In this document: piece by piece, positions 12,436 to 23,183 of the stretch
How the letters are laid out: the number at the start of each line of letters is the position of its first letter
How positions within the stretch are numbered: position 1 is the stretch's first letter
Assembly: GCF_036321535.1 (NCBI RefSeq)
Contig: NC_087438.1
Coordinates: 186,001 to 250,000, forward strand
Length of the DNA stretch: 64,000 nucleotides
Origin: Camelus dromedarius
Lineage: Eukaryota
Direction of reading: 5' to 3'
Translations under genes and position numbers: made by a program
The notes under the pieces: model-generated
What the model saw: the letters and a program-made list of their open reading frames with translations, nothing else
Told to the model about the DNA's origin: nothing
The model's database searches: none

Positions 12436-13061
12436 TTTTTTTCTGGATGTAAGTCTATGTTGTTTTATTTTTATTTTTTTTTAATTGAAGTATAGTCAGT
12501 TTACAATGTTGTGTCAATTTCTGGCGCACAGCTTAATGTTTCAGTCATAGATGTACATGCATATATTTTCATATTGTTTTTCATTATAGGTTACTACAAG
12601 ACAGTGAATACAGTTCCCTGTGCTATAGAGTAGGATCTTATTGTTTATCTATTTTATATGTATTAGTTAATATCTGCAAATCGCAAACTCCCAATTTATC
12701 CCTTCCCACCCCTTTCCCCTCAAGTAACCAAAAGTTTATTTTCTGTGTCTGCGAGTCTGTTTCTGTTTTGTAAATAACTTCACTGGTGTCTTTTTTTTTT
12801 TTTTTTTTAGATTCCACATATGAGTGATATTATATGGCATTTTTCTTTCTCTTTCTGGCTTCCTTCACTTAAAATGACAACCTCCAGGTCCATCCATGTT
12901 GCTGCAAATGACATTATTTTATTTTTTATGGCTGAGTAGTATTCTCTTATATAAATATAACACAACTTCTTTATCCAGTCATCTACTGATGGACATTTGG
13001 GTTGTTTCTATGTCTTGGCTATTGTAAACAGAGCTGCTGTGAACATTGTGGTGCATGTATC
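12436..13061 (-). mobile_element. Younger 5'-truncated L1 3' end (same family as 4826-5881) with a double A-tail
   Basis: Reverse complement of about 5330-5860 (aattgaagtatagtcagtttacaatgttgtgtcaatttctgg...agattccacatatgagtga). TSD TTCATTGACTTCTT (12422-12435) / TTCATTGACTACTT (13062-13075). Confidence 0.9.
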
Positions 13062-14153
13062 TTCATTGACTACTTGAATCTGTAGATTTACAGTTTTCAT
13101 TAAGTTTGGACATATTTCTGCTATTATTTCTTACATTTTTTTTCTGTGTCACCTCCTTTACCCTCCTATTCTTTAAGTTCCCAGTTACACATGTTAAACC
13201 TCTTGAAATACCTAAATATTTAATTTTTATTTTGGTACTATTGTAAATGGTACTGGTTTTTAAAAATCTGTGTTCCAATTTTTCATTGCTAGTGTTTAGA
13301 AACACAGTTGACTTTTTCATGTTGTCCTTTTTCCTGTGACCTTGCTGAACTCAATTATTGTAAGTTATAAGAGATTTGTCTTAGCAAAAGTTTGGAATTT
13401 TCTGTGTGACCATCACGTTGTCTGTGAACACTAATGGGAAAGGGGACAGAGAACATCTTTGTCTTGTCTGTGATCTCAGGGTTATGTCCGGTCTTTGTCT
13501 GGATCACATTAAGTTCACACTAGGTGTGATGTCAGCTGTAGGTTAGGTGTAGATGCCCTTTATCAGGTTGAGTTCCCTTCTATTCTTAGTTTGATAAGAT
13601 TTTTTTCATTATTATGCATGGATTTGGATTTTGTCAAATGCATTTTTATGTGTTGAGATGACCATATGTATTTTTCTTTAGTTTATTAATAAAGTGAATT
13701 ATAATGATCGATTTCTGGCTGTTGGAGCAGCCTTGAATTCCTTGGGTAAACCCCGCTTGTGATGTATCGTCCTCTTCATGTGTTGCTGGGTTGCATTTCC
13801 TAGCATCTAATTGAGGATTTTTATGCCCATGTTCATGAGGGATTTTTGGCTATAGTTTTCTCAAAATGTCTTTGGTTTTGGTATCAGGGTAATGCTGAAC
13901 CTATAAATGAGTTGGCAATTTTAATTTTTAATTTTAATTTTAATTTTTTCGGTAGAGAGTCGATATTATTATTTCTTCTTTGAGTCGGAAGAATTTACCA
14001 GCGAGGCCATCTGGGCCTGGGGCTGTTGTTGTCGTGGAGCAGATATAGGACTAAAGATGTCGTCTGTTTTTTCTTGAGTGAGTTTTGGTAGTTCATGTCA
14101 TTCGAGGAATTGGTCCATTTCATCTAAATTGTTGACTTTGTGGGGATAGTATT

Positions 14154-14482
14154 TGTGTTACTTTGTTTGGGCTGCCATAACAAAATCCCATGGACCGGGT
14201 GGCTGAAACAATAGAAATTTATTTCTCACAGTCTGGAGGCTGGAAGTCCGAGGTCAAGGTGCCTGCTGGTGCGGCTTCTGGTGAGAGCTGTCCTCTTGGC
14301 TTGCACATGGCAGAGAGAGAGCTCTCCTGTCTCTTCCTCTTCTTGTCAGGACAACAGTTCCAGCAGGTCAGGGCCTCTCTGACCATAGCCAGCGCCTTAA
14401 AGGCCCTGTCTCCAGTACAGTCAAGTGGGGGATTGGCGCTTCATCGTATGACTTTTGTGGGGACACAGCTAAGTTCATGGCG
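14154..14482 (-). mobile_element. MaLR solo LTR (MLT1A-like) inserted in L1
   Basis: gggctgccataacaaaat...gaaatttatttctcacagtctggaggctggaagtccgaggtcaaggtg, with degenerate 5-bp flanks gtatt/gtgtc. Confidence 0.85.
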
Positions 14483-16129
14483 GTGTCTCTCATTGTCCTT
14501 CTAACATCTGTGGGATCTGTAGTGATGTCCCTCCTTTTGCTCCTAATATTGGTCATTTGTGTTTCCTCACTCTTGATCAGTCTGGCTAGAGGCCTATTCA
14601 TTTTGTTAGTCTTCTCAAAGAACCAACTTTCAGTTTCATCAGTTTTTCTTTTTCTATTCCAAGTTTCACTGATTTTTCCTCCTTATTGTTTTCATCTTTC
14701 TGGCTGATGTGGATTTATTTTCTCTTCTTCTAGTTACTTAAAGTGGAAGCTTAGATTACCCATTTGAAACCTTTATTTTTTTCTAATGTAAACATTTAAT
14801 GCTGCCAGTGTCCATCAGACCACGCAGTTGTAGCCCATGAAGTTTGATATGTTATATTTTCATTCAGCTCAAAACATTTTTAAGTTTCTCTGAGACTTTC
14901 TCTTTGACCCATGGTTACTTAGAAGCAGATTGCTTACCAAATAGTTGGAAGTTTTCCATGTATCTTTCTAGTTTAATTCCATCTTATTAGAGAACATACT
15001 TTGTATGGTTATTATTGTCTCAACTTTGTTAAGGGTTGTTTTCGATCCTAGAATGCGGTCTACTTGATGGTTGGGCCATGCACAGAGACCGCGTGCTCTG
15101 CTGTTGCTGGACGCTGTGGTCTATACATTTCACTCAGTCTGTGTCTGCTGTTTGAAGAGTCTACATCCTTTGTGACTGGCTGTCTACAAAGTGTGTTTCT
15201 TATATTTCAGGTGGGTCCATAACATGTTTCTGACGTTTTCACTGCACTTTCTGAACAGAGTGGAAATTTCGTGTTTGAGTAATGTGCTTCCTTGTCCAGG
15301 CTGCACGTGCTTGAGACCAGGAGAGGGGTCCTAACCTCCTCTCCCTGTCTGTTGGCCCAGAGCCTGGCACTGAGTAGTTGCGACTGGTCTGCAGGACATT
15401 TGTGAGGGAGCAGACATCCTCACTGCACGGGAAAAACCAAGATTCTGATGGCCTCCTTGAGGTGATGGGTGCGCTGACCAGCTTGGGGCACAGACACTGG
15501 ATTGCTCCTCGGGGTCAGCTGTCTGCGTCCAGCACTGCTGGTGGAGGCCAGCAGGGGTGGTCAGCAGGGCTCGTGCAGCTGGGAGTTAGTGGCATAAGTG
15601 GAAACATTGTGGAGTTAGGAGAGATTTTACGAAGAGAAGAGGAAGTACCGGGCCATAAAGGGGGGCCTCGGAAGGGGCGTGGATGGGGCACAAGCACTGA
15701 GAGGATGCACGCGGCCCCACACGCCTGCGCAGACCCTGCCCCAGCACTCAGTCCTCGCTCTGTGGCCGCGTGTCCTGCTCCGGATGCCTGTGGAGTTCCT
15801 CTGTCTTCTGGTGGCTCCGGGAGCTTATCTGCCATCAGCTCTGGGACCACAGGGCTGTTTCTCTATAGGAGGGGGTGGTGTGGGTCCTGGGGCCAGGCTG
15901 GGGGCCGTGCTGCTGCCCAGTGAAGGGCTGTGTCCTCGCCAGGCCCTTGGGCATCTTCCTGCCGAGTGGGGGAGGTGTGAGGCTCATGCTGGCCACGCCC
16001 TCGGTCATCGCTGCAGGGGACAGAGTCATGCCTTGCCTGGGGCTGGGGCACCTCCACTGACCTTGGCTGCCGTCTGGGTGGTTTGAGAGTGGTGTGGACA
16101 CGGGGAGCTCTTCAATGGGACCAACTTGA

Positions 16130-16222
<93 letters not shown>

Positions 16223-16892
16223 TAAAGTATCATGTCTTCTGTCTCTGCTGCTACTGATGAAAGGGAGGCATTTGTGTTTTCATTGAAGAAAAGTGAATTC
16301 TAGGGACAAAGCGAGTGAGGGTGAGCCTCCCTGCGGCAGGGAGGGACCCGGCGACAGCAGGAGTGGGCCTGGGCGGGTGTGCATGGCTCCCAACAGCTGG
16401 AGCCCGCCTGGCCTTTCTTCCTGGGTTGGTGGTGACGAGGGCTCCGGCAGGAAGGTGAGGTCCAGCCTCTTGTGGCCAGAAGCCAACACCGAGGGCTGAG
16501 CTGCCTGTTTGGGTGAGCACCGGCCCCTCCCTGCCCTGGGGCCGTCCCCAGCTGGACACACCCGCAGTGCCTCTGGGCTTTGCCCCAAGTGGAAGGAGAT
16601 GGGGTGAGGGGCTCATCCTCCTGGTCATGGGCCTCCGGGAGGCTGAGTTAGAGAGTAGGGAGGGGACGCCCAGGCCCAGCCTCCACCAGCCCCAGGACAC
16701 AGCACCACGGCCCGTGGCTGGCACGGGGAGCTGAGGGCCACAAGGGTGTGGTCCACAGCCGTGGCCGGAATAACCGGGGTGTTGGAACTGCCCTGCTGGG
16801 AGGTCAGCAGAGAGTGGCTCCCAGAGCCCACAGGCTGCCTCTGGCTCCTGGAACAGGGGTCCTGCATCACGTCCACTGGTGGCTGGGGCTAT

Positions 16893-16894
<2 letters not shown>

Positions 16895-16936
<42 letters not shown>
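16895..16936 (+). repeat. (GT)21 microsatellite, intron 2
   Basis: Perfect dinucleotide run seen directly. Confidence 0.98.
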
Positions 16937-16937
<1 letters not shown>

Positions 16938-18049
16938 TGCACGCGCGCAGTACTGTCTGTGTGTGGGTCAGGGTTTCTGTGACCCAGGCCACCCCCTGGC
17001 CTCTGGTGGCTGCAGGGTCCTTTGAGACTTCCGCAGCAATGTGGGCACCACCTGCCCCACAATGGTGACAAAGGCCAGGGAGGCGGGGCCTCAGAAGGTG
17101 GTTTGTCACCTGCGTTGGCTGTGTGTAAGGAAACTCAGTCACCCAGAGATGCGACCATGTGCACCAAGATCTTTGGGGCCACATACAGCGTGTTCTGGGG
17201 GGGCTTTGTGCCCCACGACCTGGGGGTGCTGTGTACATCAAATTCTAGGGGACTGTGTACACCACATTCTGGGGTGCCTGCCAGTCCAGGGGCAGAGGAA
17301 GGAGCTCCCTCCCTTATTATGTTTTTGTTCCAATGTCAGAGTCTGAGATGAGCTTTTGAGATGCTTTTATGAAACGATAAATTTTATTAACTGACGTTTT
17401 GAAGAGGTGAGACTCCGTGTGCTCAGACTCAGAGAGGACGGAGTCTTCCTCCTAGCCCAAGTGCCCCAGACTCTCTGCCTGGATCCCTGCTGAGATTGTT
17501 AGTGCATTAGGCCAGGGGTGCGGTGTGGGCGTGTGCGCTCCCACCTCTGCAGGATCGGCCGCGTCCACACACCCCGCCCAGCGCCCTAGACCTTCCACAT
17601 CAGTCCCTTGTGCGCCTGTGCAGGGTGCCCCCTGACCCGTGGTTTCCAGCCCTCTGCCGGCGCCCCTCAGACCGTCCCGCAGACGTCGCGGCATGAGTGG
17701 CTTTGTGCCTGGTGTTGGCACGTGCTCGTTTTTGGAGAGGCCGCCGCCGTGGCCGCGCTGGTACCTTCCCTCTCAGGCCGAGCCGGCTCGTTTGGGGATC
17801 ACTGTGGAAGTGGTGGATCCCTCTGCTTGGACACAGACCCTGCACCTGCAGCCCCGGCCCAGACCCTCTGCGTCCCGCTGGACTTGGGGACCTGGGTCGG
17901 TGAGGCAGACAGCGGAGCTCTTGCAGCCCGCCGAGCCGTGAGCAGTCAGCGTCTCCCAGGACCTGTGAACAGCAGCAGTTACCAGCTGGCGAGCAGTAGC
18001 GCAAGGCCAGACCCAGCAGGCACGCGCAGGCCCTCGTGATTCCATGGTG

Positions 18050-20340
18050 TCACCAAACCAGCCGAGTGTGTGCCTCAGACTTCGGTGCCTTTGCATGTTC
18101 TTCTCACACGGGAGGCTTGGCAGCCACTGTGCTCCCTTTTCTGTGTTGCTGACTTTTGCTCATTTCTCTGTCTCGTCCTTAAGTCTTTGTGCCTCTCGAT
18201 TTGTTGGACACTGAGGAGACTAATCCTTGAATGTATTTCAGGTAACTTTCCCCAGTTTTGAGGTTACTTACGGTGTTCTCTGCCATGCAGCAAACATTTA
18301 ATTTTTATGAAGTTGACTTTATTAATCATTTCCTTTGTGGCTAATTAATTTTATGTCACAATTAGAAAGATCTTCCCTGCTTCAATTTTATGAGAATTTT
18401 CCCAATATCTCTTCTAAAATTTTATGGATCCCTTAATATATATATATATTTAAACCTTTTGAACACTTGCAGTTTTCCTGGTATAGCTGTCGGGCCTGAA
18501 TCTCTTTCCTTTCCCCTCCGGCCACGGGTTGCTCCCAGTTCTCCTACTGAAGAATCAGCGCTTTCCTCACTGAGCATTTGGACTTGTGATTTGAGGGACA
18601 GTGAGAGCCAGTGGAGTAACATGGACACAGGGCCCCAGCACATCCCCTCCCCTGGCGGTGCCTGCAGATGCCCCGAGGGACGTGGCCGGGCTGGCTTGTC
18701 CGAGCGCTGGCGTCTGTGGGTCATGAAGGCCGGGTGTGTGCATGTGTGCAGGTCACCAGGCCCACAGCCCTTCTGGGTTGTCCCTGCACCCACCGCTCCG
18801 TGCCCCATGGCCCAGCTGCAGTCCTGGCCTCCTCACCATACCCGCCTGCGGGCTGTGGTCTGGCCCCATTCTCCAGGTGGGTGATGGAAGTCCTGGAGCC
18901 CTCGATGACCTCGGAGGTGGAGGTCGTCCGTCCTCAGAGCACCTGACCCCTGGAACCTGCTCCCCGAGGCCCCTCAGGGCTGGACGCTGCGCTGGTGGGA
19001 GCCTCTCCCGTGGGGTGTGGGTGCAGCAGTGGGTCCGTGCTCTCCAGGGTCTGCAGCCTGAGCTCACGAGGTGTGAGTGGTGGGGCTGCCCTCTCTTCTT
19101 TGCGTTTCCCATCTTTCCTGGGCTGTGACAAAAGCACCCAGGACTGCATCCATTTAAAGTGCACAACTGGATGGGGTTTGGGATGTGTGATCACCTGAGT
19201 AACCACTGCTGAAGTCGAGATCAAGACGCTCCCGTACGCCCAGCGTCTCCTTGTGCCTTGTCGTCCTCGCTCTGGTGACCTCGCCTGTGCGCCTGCCCTG
19301 GAGACTGGTTTGCAGTTCCTGGGACTTTGTATAAACGGGATCCTGCAGCGTGCTGGGGCTTCTCCCCATGCCATGGGGCTGCTGACTCCTCCCCAGCTCG
19401 TGTACGGAGTGTGTCCTCCTTACGCCAAGTGGTGCTCCGTCGTGCGACGAACCGCATTTGTCTGTTTATCTGCAGGTGGACGTCTGGGTTGCTCCCAGCT
19501 TGGGGTGTTGTGAATGAAGCGGCGGCGTCTACGTGTGAGCCTCTGGTTGCGTGTTTTCATTTCTTTGGGGTAAACACCTAGGGGAGTGATTGCTGGGTCC
19601 TGCACAGAGTAGATGTGTGTTTGACTTTTTAAGAAAACACCAGACCTGTTTTCAGAGCAGTTGTACCATTTACAGTCCTGGAAGCCGTGGGTGAGGTTTC
19701 TAGCTCCTCCACATTCACCGAGGCCTGGGATGGCCAGTCTTGGCTCCAGCAGTCCTGCTGGGTTGTGGTGGTAGCTCACTGTGGTTTTGATTTGCGTTTC
19801 CCTGGTGACACCTGGTGTTGTGTCTTCTCATGGGCTTTCCTGATGTCCATATATCTTCTCTGGTGAAGTGTTCGTCTGTGTGCTGTGCCTGCCTTCTTGT
19901 TGGGTTCTTTGTCTGCTTGTGGAACTGTAGGATGTTCACATATTCTGGATACAGCCTCTTGTGAATATTTTTATCCAGTCTCTGGCTTCCCTTTTCATTT
20001 TCTTAATGGTGACTTTCAAAAGACGTTTTAAAAGGTTTGAAAAAGATTAATTTATCAATTTTTTCTTTTATGATTTTTTAACGTGTCCTTAGAGTCCCAG
20101 GACTACTCCAAGGTCTCAAAGATTTTCTCACATATTTTCTGGTAGAGTTCCACGGCATGTTGCAGATTTAGGTCCGTGATCTGTTCTGTAGATCAGTTTT
20201 GGGAGTAACGCCGTCTTCACCATGTTGGGTCTTACAGTCAACCAACATGGTGTATCTTTCCATTTGTGTCTTTGTACATTTTTCTCAGCAATGTTTCATG
20301 GCTTCAGTTTAGGTGTCTGGGATGTCTTTTGCTAGACTCC
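18050..20340 (-). mobile_element. Degraded antisense L1 fragments (about 18050-18560 and 19130-20340)
   Basis: ctcactgtggttttgatttgcgtttccctgg, cttctctggtgaagtgttcg, ggggagtgattgctgggtc. Discontinuous. Confidence 0.65.
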
Positions 20341-21029
20341 TCCGGGTATTTTATGTTTTTGGATCCTTTTGTCACTCTCCTTCCCCTGAGCTGGCCACGG
20401 CTCTTCCTGTGCTCCCATGCAGATGGGCCGGATCCTTGTCCCCTCACCTCCTGCTGAGTCTCCGCCTTGGAGAATTGGAAGTTCCCCCACCTGCCCCTCA
20501 ACCCCACCCTGCTCACCGGCCTGGCCACGGCCCTGGAACTGGGGAGGGCGATGCCGGGGCTGGAGCTGCATTAAGGGGCAGCCAGGTGTTCTGAGAAGCT
20601 GGGAGGAGTACATTTCTCCCGACACCCATCTCTTCAGCCGTTTGCCTCTTCTCCCAGGTGCCCCACGGGGTTGGCGCGGAGGGCAGGTGCGGCTCAGCCG
20701 GGTCCTAGGCACAGCCTGTCAGGGGCGGGGGGTGGGCAAGTGGGCGACTGCTCCCTGCAGGTCCGCACAGAGGTGAGATTTGGGCCCAGCCGTCTCCCCT
20801 CTTCTCTGACCCCCGCCCCTGCCTGCCGTGCTGACTTGTTTTCTGGGGAAGCTGTGAGTGTCTTTCATTGCTTGGGTGGGCCTCTCCTCTGGCCAGCAAG
20901 TGCCAGTCCCCACGGGAGTCTGCTCAGTCCATCCCCAGGCCTCCTGCCTATTTAAATTTTGGCTAGCAGTGTGAGTAATGTTGGTGTAGGTGCCTCATTA
21001 AGGGAAAAAACGAAACAGCAGAAAGTGAC

Positions 21030-21770
21030 AGGATAACCAGAGAATGGGAGAACATAATTGCAAATTGTATATCTGATAAGGATCTAATATCCCAAGTATA
21101 TAAAGCTTGCCTACAACTCAACAACAGAAAGACAAACAACCCAATTTAAAAATGGGCAAAGGGCTTCAGTAGCTATTTCTCCACAGAAGTTACAGACGTG
21201 GCCACCAGCATATGAAAAGATGCTCAACTTCACTGTTTGTTAAGGAAATGGAAATCAAACCACAATGAGACACTGCTTCATGCCTATGAGAACAGCTATT
21301 ATGAAAAATGAAGGAGAATAGCGAGTGTAGGTGAGGCTGTGAGGTGTGGCTGGTGGAGACATAACGTGGCGTAAAGTTGTGGCCTCAGAGTTCATGGGCC
21401 GTGGAATACTACTCAGCTGTGAAAAGGAGTGAAGCTCTGACAAAGGCTGCACCATGGTGAACCTTGAACACATGATCTTAAGTGAAGGAAGCCAGCATGA
21501 AAAGCCTTGTGTTGTGTGATTCCATTTACGTGGAATGTCTGAAACAGGAAAGCCCTAGAGATGTGAAGTAGGTTATGGTGGCTGGGGGCTGAGAGGAGGG
21601 TAAGATGGAGAGAAATGCTGGTGGGGGTGGGGTCTTACTTGGAGTGATGAAGATATTTTGGGACTTGACAGAGGTGGTGGTTACACAAAACTGTGAATGT
21701 TCTAAGTGACACTGAACCGTACACTTCAAAACAATTTTATGTGAATTAATCTCAATTAAAGAGAAAATTT
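21030..21770 (+). mobile_element. Old L1 (L1MB-like) ORF2 tail and 3' end
   Basis: gaatgggagaacataattgcaaattgtatatctgataagg, atatgaaaagatgctcaac, ggtggtggttacacaaaactgtgaatg, ctcaattaaa tail. Confidence 0.85.
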
Positions 21771-21788
21771 TAAATCAGCCACAAATTT

Positions 21789-21808
21789 AATCAATCAATC
21801 AATCAATC
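21789..21808 (+). repeat. (AATC)5 tetranucleotide repeat
   Basis: Seen directly, next to the L1 tail. Confidence 0.9.
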
Positions 21809-22249
21809 AAATTTAAAAAGAGAAGTAGCTTCTGAGATTGGAGCTGCAGGCTCTTCTGTGGTTTTGTGTGGCCTCAGCCCCTGACAGTACAAAGCAGAGG
21901 TTGTCTGTCAGGGCCATTGTGTTGCTCCCACCCCAGAAAGAGTTGGCACAGAGAGGCCAGGAAGCATGCTGGGGTCACACAGCTCTCCTGCTGCCTGGCC
22001 CCTGTCTCTCTGTGCTTTCCCCCCAGTACTGCCTTCCAGTGGCTGGCGTGGCTGGTGTGGCTGGTGGTTTCTGAGTTTGTGCATCTTCAGGAATGGGTGC
22101 CCTTCCGTACTGCGTGGCACTTTCTTCCTGGCGGTGCTCCATCCTGAAGCTGATTGCTTCTCATAAGGTCACCGCCTGGGACAGGTTTCCACCTGAGGGC
22201 GGTGGCTCTGGGTGGGGAGTCCGTGCTTGACTGTGGTCTTTCCCCGCAG

Positions 22250-22431
22250 GAGGCCTGCCGTGGGGGCTGAGAAGTCAAACCCTTCCAAGCGGCACCGGGA
22301 CCGCCTCAATGCTGAGCTGGACCACCTGGCCAGCCTGCTGCCACTCCCACCTGACATCATCTCTAAGCTGGACAAGCTCTCGGTCCTGCGTCTAAGTGTC
22401 AGTTACCTCAGGGTGAAGAGCTTCTTCCAAG
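22250..22431 (+). CDS. AHRR: AHRR exon 3, bHLH domain: [60 protein letters not shown]
   Basis: Acceptor tctttccccgcag|G and donor CAAG|GTAGGA; 182 nt. Clear AHR-family bHLH with AHRR-type residues. Confidence 0.98.
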
Positions 22432-23173
22432 GTAGGACTCAGCTGTGCCCACCTGCATCCAGCTGGCTCTCACCTGGGTCCCACCCAGCGTCGCTGGGTT
22501 GGGCCAGTTTGTGCCTCTCGTCCTGGGTAACTACTCGGAGGTGGAGTGCTGAGGCTGGGCAACAGGAGCAGACCTGGTGGGAGGCGTGGACCGGCCCTCA
22601 CCCTGCTTGGCCTCACTTGCCCCTGGGGCCCTGGGGCCTCCTCCCAACCTTGCCTGTCCTGGGGATGCCGTGAGCTGAGCTCCAGCCGGGCACCAGCCCC
22701 TCTGCACAAGGTGGCCCGGTGTGTCAGAGCCTTGCAGTGGCTCTGGGTACCTGCCCTCCCCCAGTGCTCCAGGCCAAGCCTCACTCCCCGCGTGGCCGGG
22801 CTGAGTTCCTGAGGAGGAAGTGTGGTTGTCACCACCCATGATCGTGGCCATTACTGGGAATTAGGTCTGAACCTCTCACAAAATCATGATTATTGTGGGT
22901 CTTCGGGAGCAGGTAAGATAAAAGTTTAAGGAGGGCAGGTAGGGGCAGTAGGGCATGGTGGGGACTGCGGCAGACTGCTGAGTTCTTGCTCTGTCAAAAG
23001 GCAATAGGAGTCAACTGTTGCACGTCCTCACGCTGCCGGAAGACACCTTGGGCTGCAGTGAGGCTGGCCGGCTGGCAAGGCTGAGGCCCTGGAGCAATGT
23101 GGACCCGGTCCCGAACCCCTTCCCACCCCTGCTGCCAGGCCTGGGAATCCTGCGAACTCGATGTGTCTGAGGT

Positions 23174-23183
23174 GTGACTCAGC
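23174..23183 (+). promoter_or_regulatory. ARE/AP-1 core GTGACTCAGC in intron 3
   Basis: Exact RTGACnnnGC match with embedded TGACTCA. Motif only, no functional evidence. Confidence 0.3.

Larger units (their letters stand above)
11920..15190 (-). mobile_element. Old L1 fragments (antisense) hosting a younger L1 and an MLT1 LTR
   Basis: ggcaatgaattccctcagc, gatgccctttatcaggttg, ggttttggtatcagggtaatgctg, ctggctagaggcctattcattttgttagtcttctcaaagaaccaactt. Confidence 0.8.

Noticed and set aside
22212..22673. Track ORF taken as a stand-alone bHLH protein
   Set aside because: Only 22250-22431 is AHRR-like and is bounded by splice sites; the flanks are intron.
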